Source: Giardia intestinalis
Taxonomy: Eukaryota
Length of the DNA stretch: 64,000 bases
NCBI GenBank assembly: GCA_000002435.2
Contig: CM018789.1
Strand: one strand, 5' to 3'
The notes beneath the pieces are model-generated. The model ran no database searches. It was not told the DNA's origin and saw only the letters and a program-made list of their open reading frames with translations. Positions 55,801 to 64,000 of this stretch are shown here, one piece after another (positions within the stretch are counted from its first letter, which is position 1; every line of letters starts with the position of its first letter). Both the position numbers and the translations under genes were made by a program.

Positions 55801-56313
55801 CTGGCTGAGAGAGGGGCCTGTAGGTTGCTCTATCAAAAGATGCAGCTTTTCCTCCTGGCCTTTGCTAGAAAAATATGCCATATCTCTGTGCCGAACAAGG
55901 TTTGGATGGATGACAGCACAAGATTGAAAAAGGTAAAAGAGAAGCAAATTATAATCTGGATCATTGACCTGGAGATTGATTTCCTTCCATTGAAAAATAA
56001 GCTCAGAAGCATCTAGTTTGCGACTATTGTCAACCTCGGTAAACAAGTCTTCAAGTCCCTGATAGTCCTGAGCTGTAAGTTCTGAGAAGCAGGGTAAGTG
56101 CCCTAGGCTACCAGAAGCCTTACTTATATCTGAATTCCTTGAGGTGGGTACAGATGAAAGAATGTTTTGGGGTCGTGGAGTTTTTATAGACTTTGTAAAA
56201 GAGGATGAGGTCTGAGTAGAATTAGTTGGAAGCGATAGCTGGACCACTGGAAGATTCGTCTCGCCTTTGTAAGGAGACAAGTCGGAAGCCTTGGCTACGG
56301 AGGCATGATTCAT
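52807..56313 (-). CDS. Hypothetical large protein (1168 aa); N-terminal region has a weak kinase-like HPNLVRHRD segment
   Basis: ATG verified at 56313. The 3' end overlaps the previous gene by 14 bp (convergent). No confident family. IHPNLVRHRDMAYF resembles a kinase subdomain IV-VIb remnant, but other kinase motifs are absent. Confidence 0.5.
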   Translation of the reverse strand: MNHASVAKASDLSPYKGETNLPVVQLSLPTNSTQTSSSFTKSIKTPRPQNILSSVPTSRNSDISKASGSLGHLPCFSELTAQDYQGLEDLFTEVDNSRKLDASELIFQWKEINLQVNDPDYNLLLFYLFQSCAVIHPNLVRHRDMAYFSSKGQEEKLHLLIEQPTGPSLSQLQLYYTIYPERFSTEVFWDCSAQLILAVDVLNKYKDGTFSSCMWCSPRLTAESIYFNSDGCIKLPQYYPLQDSSIKIDSVKRLNETTSETVVSLITKFADVITHVSGIDKNIVQVKKNEIKCLKSFVRKLAAYRAKPCINIHSLKCRHLSEAAALRQQGRQPTYPFPLKTSTSCHSSVTDKHTHSYGSCEVPLPSAPSDELLTFSQDSPDPSLQSISKMSESPVDNQTFNEDTTARDVLSARTFSLFKEQHSTSALTPVPYGMEASNTLDTVVDVPMPTRLLYEGICRGLSAVKAAASELSKTSGANKKSKNDAFKDGDSKHLLADCELVFFNDFAHKATEESPIVSHGHTLPKTRSAISNMISRKKRLRTLLSYKCMEEINLYYGGNDLQVPGVTKEEVCPSTPYLDAITNANNYDDIDKCINTDKVFTLLLSLDALNQLTEVEPRVISFLKRDAIITKLVNCYFLGEIADESPPFTHRQRRDIYLLFSKVFTHISNNADLLEAILKHQFFKKTLFEMILSADYWLKFTTVKGKEGLSLKDALINKVRKEALERFLQEIFSRADAIHFVRTALCGRYNEIMNALMQLQFASPCIRSSICMRLFDSSLIKLAFNTLLGFIQDILTTNDRRPIGKIICISNHLITFPYTDPTKFKPLTEKIYRLKAYFVDLLFANDSELVALSAYILELIASYYSISMCMSVQAHVMMSTDMVTSAVSEVISSMAEFANTIASMYIAKNPEELSANPLRVQLILMLILRLVLSTGDAARTAFACVKASTYVSSQDSYSQQSLQFQSLDCNELQRSVMGTSVYTGLELPTEWSEESYVSLRNKVKGILKEAGDIISTPVANFMECVMDNEKFRDATTIHFLITRFWIAVADTSHYFGVKPETTMSSVRRRMQLCMDKLNTSARKHSDFTFLKVIPQKVIMMAMSSEPSLTNRWSSSYYSSNSVVLFSLDASHWAWTEKNNEKIESAAQLFGLSAKETLDFLRANLINGR

Positions 56314-56467
56314 AGTTTTGAACAGGACAATTTTTGTTTTTGAGACCTACACGTCTTAGAGATAGGGTGCCTGTTCAGTGATCTCTGTCTCTACTGACTT
56401 CTGACCCAATGAAGCACTGCAGTGGCCTGCGTGGTCCTCGATTGAGCCCGTAATAAAAAACTGACAC
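56314..56467. promoter_or_regulatory. Divergent intergenic promoter region with A-rich initiator (aataaaaaa) upstream of the giant plus-strand gene
   Basis: A 154-bp spacer between ATGs at 56313 (minus) and 56468 (plus). Confidence 0.35.
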
Positions 56468-59400
56468 ATGTTCTCCTCCGTTATTGGCGGCCTGCGCCAT
56501 CCACATGGGTCTTCTATCTTGAGCGCGGCAATTGAAAGCATTAAGGTCCTCAGAGATAAGCGAAGATGCGAGCTTTTGCATCGCGCGATCTCCCTCATAG
56601 ATGAGGGCCTTTCAGACAGTTCGACAACCACAGCGATTTGCCGTTTGTCTTACCTTCTATTCTCGCCAGAAAACCCAGAACCCAAGGAGCTTGCAGAAGC
56701 TACAGAGGCTGGTCACTTGTTCTGGAAGGTCATAAGATGTATCTCGACCTCATCTAACAGTTCAGATAAGACGTCTTCTTTAGCATCCTACATTGCATGT
56801 TCTTCTAGCCAAGTCACTGCCACAGAAAAGAAGTTTTTCTCGATCGCCTTACTTACAGACGACGCCCTCACAAATGAAATGCTCATCGCTGCGGCGGCCA
56901 ACTTGTATCCGGCGCTCTTTTGCGAATACGTACTTGTCCAGCTACCAGATGCATACAAGGACGAGTCTATAGAAATGCTAGAGCTTCTTAGGACACGAGC
57001 GGGGGTCACGCACGGCCACTTGGAGGATATCCTGTCCATTCTTCCGCAAGGCACACTAACTGAAGATGAAATACTACAATTAAAAGAGGCAGTCACTAGT
57101 TCCTTAGCGTCAGCGTCTAATGTGACGTTCAGTGCTTATCCTACCCCTTTACTTCCAGTTATTTCTAGGCTACTTTCCAAGGCCCGTCCATACTCAAGGG
57201 AGCACCCTGCTATGTATTCTTCCAAAGGGAATCCTCTTTTGCGTATCCTATACCGCTCACTTCTTCAACTGGATTCACAAAAACAGACATCGACGATTCC
57301 AGGCCCCTGGCTTATGATTCAGCTTGTTTTAGCGGCCGCCTATGCGGTAAAGCTCCAGAACAAGGTCTGGGCTGACACACTTCTCCAGCGCCTCCTTTGT
57401 ATTGTTCCAGCTCTCGAAGGTAAGTATTCTCGCATTCTAGGGCTTTGTGCACTCATTCACCTTGCAACCTCCTATGACACTGACAATAGTTTACATGCTG
57501 TGCTCACTCCCCTTACTCTCGATGAGATCAAGTTGTTTCTTACCAAGGTGGAAGAGTGGATGAAGATGGACAAGTCTTCCATCGTTCTTCGAACGTTAGC
57601 GTTTCAAGGGGCAATATCAATTATAAACTCCGTGAAATCTCAGGATCAGATCTTACTCGCGCAGCTAGCCCCATCACTCCTTTCCGTAGCAGCTGGAATA
57701 CATCACAATATAGGAACCTTCATAAACATACTAAACGCATTTGCGGCCGAACTACTGGAGTTTCAAGGGTCCGCTATTCTGTCAACTCTTTTTGATCTCC
57801 AGACAGCTGGCCTTAGCGGCGTCTCAGGGCTCCTACGTGTTGCAGACGATGTTAGGTCCTTGGTGCCCCAGGCATCTATCCCTCTAACAACAGACTTGCA
57901 CGCACAACTGCAACCAGATCTCAGTTGGCGTCAGGCTACACTGGAGTTAATTAGAAAAGAAAAGTATGGCTCTAAATATGGACCACGCTTGCTTTCATCC
58001 CCACTGTTTCAGGACCTACTTCAGCTTCATGCGTTCATAGCCATAAACGTCATCTCTTTCTACCGGTTCACAAGTGCTTTGGAGACCTTTCTTTTGACTT
58101 GTTGCGTTGCTACTCCAAACAATGACTCTGCTTCTATACTCCTACGTGCTTTAGAGTCAGACCAGGTTAGTGAAGATTATAACGGTCCTACATCTTCCGA
58201 AGCGTCCTTTTCTTCCAATTTCTCGACAATCCTTGATGCGTACCTAAGCGCCGGCGAACACCTTTTCGAAGTTATTTCCACCATCTACGATCTGTCGTCT
58301 GGCCTCAGCTCTAACATCAAAGCTCCTGCTCCCCCAAGGCTTCTGCCCTCTACTCTAAGGAGGCTGAGTGAGCTCTCCATTCTTCCTGACACGTTTGGGT
58401 ATGCAGAGTTTTTCATTGTCGCAGCAACAGCACGCGTTCTAGTATCCTTATACCTGCAAGACACAAAGATGGTGAGCAACAGAATAAGGTTCTTCCCCAA
58501 GAAGGCAAAGATTAGTTCCATTGTCTTACTCATGGGACTCTACCTTCTATCAGATATTCCAGAGTTTTACCGATTTTCGCCTGATTGTGCTTCGTTTCTC
58601 AATATGATCCTTCCTTTGTGTATTAATCTTCCGCTGGGAAAGCGTAAATATCGGGAAAGCGTACTTGGTAAGCATGGTGGAAGCCCATGCCACAGCTCCA
58701 CTAATGTCCTTGAAGATGCAGAATGCTTTTCGCAGCAATCCTTACTGTCTTATTCAGACCTCAGCTACTCGGTTAGGAGTGATGGGGACCCCCTTAGGTT
58801 CCATCGCATAAGCCTTGTTCTAGCGCATATTTTATACACGGCATTAAGCAAGCAGCTATGTGATCTGGCATTGGTTGATGACTACCTCCTTATTATGGTG
58901 TATATCTCTACTGGAGTATTTTCGTCAACCGACTCGTCCATTGAGTCCATGGACACAGGCTCTTCCGATTTAGATGAATCCCAGTGTCTATTGCTAAGCT
59001 TAACATCTTCCTGGCTCAGCCCAGCACCTATTTGTAAGGCTCTCCTCGTCTTCTTGTTTTCTAATAATATGCCACTGAGCCTATGCTCAGATTATCCTGG
59101 AATGTTCAACTTTTTAACGTGGAACGCAAAGCTGATAGCAATCAGACTTCTGGATAGCACTCTAGATCTGCTTCCAGACTCTGCACGTCGAGAGGTTATC
59201 CTGTCCTCCAGGCTCTACTTCCATAAACTCTTTGTGATCCTGACTGAGCTACTACTGATTCCTCTTCAGCCTTATATCTCCACATTGCTTTCATTCCTGC
59301 ATAAGATCTCCAACTGTCTTCTAAGCCAAGATGATGTGTCTCTTGCCAGTTCCCTCGGAGTCGCAGTGACATTTCCAGATGAGCCTCTAGAGCTTGTCGA

Positions 59401-62400
59401 GTGCACTAAGAAGTGTATGACTGTATCAGATAGAATGTCTGAGCCACCATCGTACGTACACTGTCGTTATAAGTCTGCGTCCGGGGTGGAGCTGTTTTCC
59501 TATTGTGCCGTGTTAGACGATAGGAGCGCAATCACATCTCTCTATGCATATCTTAGAGCACTTATTGCTGCGCACATAAGGCGGTTGCAGGAGAAGATAG
59601 GCTCGGGGAAAATGGCACTTGTACCTCTGGAAAAGCATGCAATCCAGCAGTTCTTCACAGAAAAACGGGCAAGCTCATTGTCTTTTTCTCAGATGTTTCC
59701 TGGGATGCGCTTTCTTGGCCACTCGTCCCATCTGGTTGTTGGAGAGAACTTATATGCATACTTCTGTGGCGAGAATTCACAGCTATACCAAGAAGCGTAT
59801 ACATACTGGTATGACTGTTTCATGCTAGACCTCCTCTTCAACATTCCTGACACGTTCTCTTTAAAGTTGTTCAATGAATATGAAAAGATTAAGCAGACAA
59901 TAGGCCAGCAAATAAAGGACCGCAAAAAGACAGCTACACCGTTTAGTGATTGCTATAAGGTATTGACGCACTTTATATACATGCACAGTCTTCTCTCTGC
60001 CAGACGTCTTTTGCAGGCGTCCTCTGTATTCTCGCTAGAGCGCGCTTCGTCTCTTCAGAGCATATTATCAGCTCCTACAAGCCTGTCAACTACAGAACCT
60101 AGTTCGCGCGTCAATTCCATGGCTCAATTTCCTTCGTCTCCGTGTGCTGGTATTATTACACAAGGAACAAGAGACTCCCTGCTAACCGACCAAGACAGAC
60201 GCTATCAGGTAGAGCTTAACATTGTTCTCACGACCTTCTGGGACATTTATGACTGGGCAAGGGACAAAGGGGCCTTCTCCGTGCGCACTATCATGCACTT
60301 TGGTCAGTGCATCTCTGCTGTTTCTAGCTCTCTTGTACTGGCGATGATCACTCTATGTGAGCAACGAAGCCAGAGCACTGCGGCCTCTGTTCTTCTCAAG
60401 TGTTATGCAGACTTTTGCAATGCAGAACAATACTATCGTCCGGTCACAAAACTAGACGAGGCAGTTGCTGCAGCTGAGCGCATTGGCATGGTTGTTCCCA
60501 GAATGACTTCCAGCACATACCAGCTGGAGCAATGCTGTAAGGAGCTCATATACTTTGCAACAAACAAGAGCTATCTCTTATTTATGGACACAACTGCCTA
60601 TGTCCTGGACGCGCTGCTACGTCTCCCGACTAGACCTGCTGAATTCACTACTGCTCAAGTTCTTATGCACTTGCTGGGATACATCGTCCTGTACTCAGGT
60701 ATTCCTCGCTTGTGCAGAGCAATAATTGAGTCTCCAATCTTTCATCGCTCGACAGGCAACATTTCTAAACTAGCTGACTCTCCATCGTATTCTGCTTTGT
60801 ACAAAGCCAACGTGGACACTATCGCAGAATTCTTGACCAACAAGAACGCTAACGTACACTCTAGCCTATTTGTTTCCTACCCCGTATGCTCACGATATCG
60901 ACGCTTAGCTGCTTACTCCACGACCCTAGTTGATGAAATCCTTGAACATTGCTGGAGCAGCCCTCACTCTTGGTCCATCAACACAGACGACTCTTCTGAC
61001 AGCGAGACCTCCCCTGCTGACGTGGATGTGGATAAAGTAACCGTCAGTACCAGACTAGCTCGGCACTGCGCTGAGATCCCTGAAACACCATATGTATCTG
61101 AGAGCATATTAGATGACGATAAGAGGTACAACGAACACTTGCACAGACCATGTGAAGATCTGAATGGGTCCATGGAGAACTTGCTTAGTCCTGAGCTGAA
61201 CACTAATGTCTATTCAGACCAGAATGAGGCGCACGGAAGCTCGTCGATCTTTGATGCTGAGTACGATGCGGCGCATACTCTTTCAAGAAGAAATAGTGTG
61301 TTCCGCAGTGCTAGAAGCTTAAGAAATCGCAGCCTTAGTACCACGCATGAGCTTTTGCCAGGAGATCTCTCGGTCTACCGGGCCTTGACTGCGTCCATTG
61401 CAGAAAGCAAAAGTGCCGGGCCTTCAGAGTTAGGTAGTACAGCTGCCTCCTTCACTAACTTCTTGAAGGATGAGAGTCGACGCTCTCCCCCTGCAACTTC
61501 ACGTTCAGATGCCCGCACCACCGTGCAGCTTGCAGAGCTGAAACGACTGGGGTACTTCCACATGTCTGCCATCTCAAGTATGGTTAGCATAATGCAGCTC
61601 ATAGACTTGCCGTCCGAAGCCCGCGCCCTCATTTTGGGGAAGGCGTGTCTTTGCATTACTTTCTATGAGTCTTCTCTAGATCACAAGGAGTTCTTCCGCA
61701 CCCACCTGGCAAACAGAATTATTCGCCTACTTCTCTTGGCTGTCGAGCAGAGGCCCCAGGCATCCACCATAACAAGCATTGTGCTTATGTTCTTCGTTTG
61801 CGCTAATTCGAAGCTAGACATATCTACGCTGGGAAAGAACTATTACACCAATGTGGATAAAGGTCCCATTCTTCCCTTTTTGCAGCCGCTTGCCTCTGCC
61901 ATACTCTCCTACTTCCTTTCCCTTGCACCACATATTCTGCTGCAAAGTATTTATGGGCGCTACGCTCTGCAAAGGGTGGGCGTTCTGAATAGTTATGTCG
62001 ACCTCATTGGGTTTCAGCAGCTCTATCCTCAGTGTATTGGCCATGCGACCAATCTCGACAAAGTTTTTGAATTTGCTGTGCTCTGGTGCGACGCGTCAGT
62101 CTGGTTTCACATACTTAAAGTTTTGTTAGTTGAAGGTTTCATAAATACCTCCGTTGACAATCACACCCTAATATACAGGCGCACGTTATTAAGAACGGAC
62201 GGAGATTTGGTTATCCGCATGAGGAACTTGACATTCATACGAACCATTGACAGCTTGGCAAATGGGACAATTTACCGGGCTACTGCCCAGTTTTTATTAA
62301 CATTGGGAGAGCACACGTGCATCCAGACCGTGCTTTACTTAATATCGAAGTGTGTAATGCCCCTACACGGATACCGAGTGGGCAGACTTCTTTACAGCTT

Positions 62401-64000
62401 CCTCCGAGCACTGCTATTGCAAAAGAATCAGCGCTCAGACGACAGCAGATCTGTCCTGTCCCTTCTATGCCGGCTTTGCAAAGCAATCTCCATGGTATCC
62501 TCCTTAGATGTTATGGGCATACTTAGTGCTGGTCTAGTTCCCCTTTTCCGGCGGCATCCTGAGCTTCTCTTGGGGATCTTATCAGATAGATACACAGGTT
62601 ACCAGGATCCTTCTGGCTGTATATTTCCACGTAGATATGGTCTGCTAGAGCCTCGGGATTTTATCATTCGTCTGCTGGAGCAACAGTCGCCGGAGTTCAA
62701 CCTTGAGAAACACCTCTCTGATCTCCGTGTGCTGGCGTCTAAGAAGGAGATGGACGTGTACGTCATTCCGGGGTTCCGTCGCAATCTTTCAGAAATGAAG
62801 CTTGCGCTCTTCGAGCTTCTTCTGACCAAGTGTCGCGATTTCATTTCTATGGGGCCATATCTCTCTGGGGATTATGAGAAGGATGAGGTTGTATCTGACT
62901 TGGTTTACATTTATCATATCATCCGTCCACCACTAGACTCTTCTGACGTCTTGTCCCGTGCACAGTACAGTGCTTTCGCTAAGCTGCTGTTTGAGAGGAA
63001 GGAGCTCTACGGCGCCCTTCTCCAGCTGGCCGTCTACGTGGGCCACATGTCATGGGATCACCTCTCCCAAGACGGGCACAAGGTGAGGAAGCACTTTGTT
63101 TACTCTGTTTTGGGCCTCTCTGTTTTGAATGCAGAAGTGGACATGAATAACTATAGTAGCTTCATCACGTCCCTGGAGGCTATAAAGTTCGAGGATAGAC
63201 TAAACTCTCCTCTACTAGTTCCGTTCGGGTGTGACATGCCCGGATTCTTTGTGCTGAGTTCGTGGGTGTATCAAGTACTGGCTGTTTTCTGGGAGTATAG
63301 TACATATCCGTGCGAATTCAGCACAATCCTCCAGAGCACCTTTCACAACCTAAAAGCTATCAAGAGCATCCCCGTATGGGAACGCGAGGATGAGGGTGCC
63401 GAGTATGTAGACAGCGCAGATAGTGACATGCCGATCGAAAAGCTTGCAACGTCTCTTTCTCTACCTGTTTCGCCTGCAAATACCCAAGCAAGCACATTAA
63501 AGGTCAAGCGGCCAATCAAGCTGAACGGCTTCGGACTGCTCGACTGCTCCATGCTCTGCCTGCTTCTCATCGTAGGCTCTAATAAGAAGCGCTTGGCGGA
63601 CTATACTAGCACCATTATAGACTGCTATGACTGGGCATGCTCCATCGTTGATTCAAAGAAGGCTAAGAAGGGGTTGGCTCTGTCACTTACGTTGTATGCG
63701 AGCTTATTTCTTTTGTCCTCTAACCGGCAAATCGTCAATGTTAACAGCAAGCAGATCTTCGGGCCTACTTGTCAACTAGTTAACACACTCTACACCGTTA
63801 GCCTAAAAGGCAGTGATCAATCTGCACACCATAAGGAAGCCTCAGCTTCTCAGCTAACAAAGAGCGTACCTGCAGCGACGGATCTGACCGTTTCGGTAGT
63901 GTCAGATAAGCTCGTTCTGAGTCACCTATGTCCTGATTCGAGAGTGCTGAACCAAAGCCTAGGATCCACAACGACGTCATCCATAGAGCAGGCCATCAAA
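56468..64000 (+). CDS. Giant hypothetical protein, 5' partial in window (at least 2511 aa; continues past the window end), helical/leucine-rich, possibly HEAT/ARM-like
   Basis: Not in the ORF track because there is no in-window stop. Manual frame-2 translation is open from the TGA at 56462-56464 and the ATG at 56468 (MFSSVIGGLRHPHG...) to position 64000. I checked frame consistency at several anchor points. Context aataaaaaactgacacATG. The sequence is leucine-rich and non-repetitive with no catalytic motifs. Confidence 0.6.
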   Translation, partial: MFSSVIGGLRHPHGSSILSAAIESIKVLRDKRRCELLHRAISLIDEGLSDSSTTTAICRLSYLLFSPENPEPKELAEATEAGHLFWKVIRCISTSSNSSDKTSSLASYIACSSSQVTATEKKFFSIALLTDDALTNEMLIAAAANLYPALFCEYVLVQLPDAYKDESIEMLELLRTRAGVTHGHLEDILSILPQGTLTEDEILQLKEAVTSSLASASNVTFSAYPTPLLPVISRLLSKARPYSREHPAMYSSKGNPLLRILYRSLLQLDSQKQTSTIPGPWLMIQLVLAAAYAVKLQNKVWADTLLQRLLCIVPALEGKYSRILGLCALIHLATSYDTDNSLHAVLTPLTLDEIKLFLTKVEEWMKMDKSSIVLRTLAFQGAISIINSVKSQDQILLAQLAPSLLSVAAGIHHNIGTFINILNAFAAELLEFQGSAILSTLFDLQTAGLSGVSGLLRVADDVRSLVPQASIPLTTDLHAQLQPDLSWRQATLELIRKEKYGSKYGPRLLSSPLFQDLLQLHAFIAINVISFYRFTSALETFLLTCCVATPNNDSASILLRALESDQVSEDYNGPTSSEASFSSNFSTILDAYLSAGEHLFEVISTIYDLSSGLSSNIKAPAPPRLLPSTLRRLSELSILPDTFGYAEFFIVAATARVLVSLYLQDTKMVSNRIRFFPKKAKISSIVLLMGLYLLSDIPEFYRFSPDCASFLNMILPLCINLPLGKRKYRESVLGKHGGSPCHSSTNVLEDAECFSQQSLLSYSDLSYSVRSDGDPLRFHRISLVLAHILYTALSKQLCDLALVDDYLLIMVYISTGVFSSTDSSIESMDTGSSDLDESQCLLLSLTSSWLSPAPICKALLVFLFSNNMPLSLCSDYPGMFNFLTWNAKLIAIRLLDSTLDLLPDSARREVILSSRLYFHKLFVILTELLLIPLQPYISTLLSFLHKISNCLLSQDDVSLASSLGVAVTFPDEPLELVECTKKCMTVSDRMSEPPSYVHCRYKSASGVELFSYCAVLDDRSAITSLYAYLRALIAAHIRRLQEKIGSGKMALVPLEKHAIQQFFTEKRASSLSFSQMFPGMRFLGHSSHLVVGENLYAYFCGENSQLYQEAYTYWYDCFMLDLLFNIPDTFSLKLFNEYEKIKQTIGQQIKDRKKTATPFSDCYKVLTHFIYMHSLLSARRLLQASSVFSLERASSLQSILSAPTSLSTTEPSSRVNSMAQFPSSPCAGIITQGTRDSLLTDQDRRYQVELNIVLTTFWDIYDWARDKGAFSVRTIMHFGQCISAVSSSLVLAMITLCEQRSQSTAASVLLKCYADFCNAEQYYRPVTKLDEAVAAAERIGMVVPRMTSSTYQLEQCCKELIYFATNKSYLLFMDTTAYVLDALLRLPTRPAEFTTAQVLMHLLGYIVLYSGIPRLCRAIIESPIFHRSTGNISKLADSPSYSALYKANVDTIAEFLTNKNANVHSSLFVSYPVCSRYRRLAAYSTTLVDEILEHCWSSPHSWSINTDDSSDSETSPADVDVDKVTVSTRLARHCAEIPETPYVSESILDDDKRYNEHLHRPCEDLNGSMENLLSPELNTNVYSDQNEAHGSSSIFDAEYDAAHTLSRRNSVFRSARSLRNRSLSTTHELLPGDLSVYRALTASIAESKSAGPSELGSTAASFTNFLKDESRRSPPATSRSDARTTVQLAELKRLGYFHMSAISSMVSIMQLIDLPSEARALILGKACLCITFYESSLDHKEFFRTHLANRIIRLLLLAVEQRPQASTITSIVLMFFVCANSKLDISTLGKNYYTNVDKGPILPFLQPLASAILSYFLSLAPHILLQSIYGRYALQRVGVLNSYVDLIGFQQLYPQCIGHATNLDKVFEFAVLWCDASVWFHILKVLLVEGFINTSVDNHTLIYRRTLLRTDGDLVIRMRNLTFIRTIDSLANGTIYRATAQFLLTLGEHTCIQTVLYLISKCVMPLHGYRVGRLLYSFLRALLLQKNQRSDDSRSVLSLLCRLCKAISMVSSLDVMGILSAGLVPLFRRHPELLLGILSDRYTGYQDPSGCIFPRRYGLLEPRDFIIRLLEQQSPEFNLEKHLSDLRVLASKKEMDVYVIPGFRRNLSEMKLALFELLLTKCRDFISMGPYLSGDYEKDEVVSDLVYIYHIIRPPLDSSDVLSRAQYSAFAKLLFERKELYGALLQLAVYVGHMSWDHLSQDGHKVRKHFVYSVLGLSVLNAEVDMNNYSSFITSLEAIKFEDRLNSPLLVPFGCDMPGFFVLSSWVYQVLAVFWEYSTYPCEFSTILQSTFHNLKAIKSIPVWEREDEGAEYVDSADSDMPIEKLATSLSLPVSPANTQASTLKVKRPIKLNGFGLLDCSMLCLLLIVGSNKKRLADYTSTIIDCYDWACSIVDSKKAKKGLALSLTLYASLFLLSSNRQIVNVNSKQIFGPTCQLVNTLYTVSLKGSDQSAHHKEASASQLTKSVPAATDLTVSVVSDKLVLSHLCPDSRVLNQSLGSTTTSSIEQAIK

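Noticed and set aside
1-64000. Prokaryotic interpretation (operons, CRISPR arrays, sigma-70 promoters, rho-independent terminators)
   Set aside because: The intron-containing tRNA-Tyr with pol III boxes, tubulin, ARF-like, nucleoporin, NEK/ankyrin and SET genes, and the absence of Shine-Dalgarno-spaced operons all indicate a eukaryotic nuclear locus. No direct-repeat arrays were seen.

Overview
The window is gene-dense, essentially intron-free eukaryotic nuclear DNA, not prokaryotic. The strongest evidence is an intron-containing tRNA-Tyr(GUA) with pol III A/B boxes, and A-rich tracts of about 10-80 bp directly before ATG starts with almost no intergenic space. There are also two NEK-type pseudokinases fused to long ankyrin-repeat arrays, a CXXC/CXC high-cysteine membrane protein, delta-tubulin, an ARF-like GTPase and an FG-repeat nucleoporin. 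Together these match the gene content and architecture of a diplomonad such as Giardia. I call about 31 protein-coding genes on both strands. Recognisable products are an ABCA-type transporter, a SET-domain methyltransferase, an NHP2/L7Ae RNP protein, a metallophosphoesterase, a CorA/Mrs2-like Mg2+ channel, a DPH1/2-like protein, a catalytically dead papain-like peptidase, and a giant acyl-CoA-synthetase-like protein with a degenerate P-loop. Two large genes run off the window edges and are absent from the ORF track because they have no in-window stop: <1..2769 on the minus strand and 56468..>64000 on the plus strand. Many ORF-track 'M' starts are actually GTG or TTG, so I re-anchored starts to the first in-frame ATG where I could verify one in the sequence. 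The most unusual element is a roughly 1.7 kb island of about 65-70% GC at 32840-34560, against a background near 48%. It encodes a 468-aa protein with macrodomain/PARG-like motifs, which could be a horizontally acquired ADP-ribose-processing gene. Smaller GC-rich patches sit inside the dead-peptidase gene and beside the tRNA. I found no CRISPR arrays, mobile elements or rRNA.
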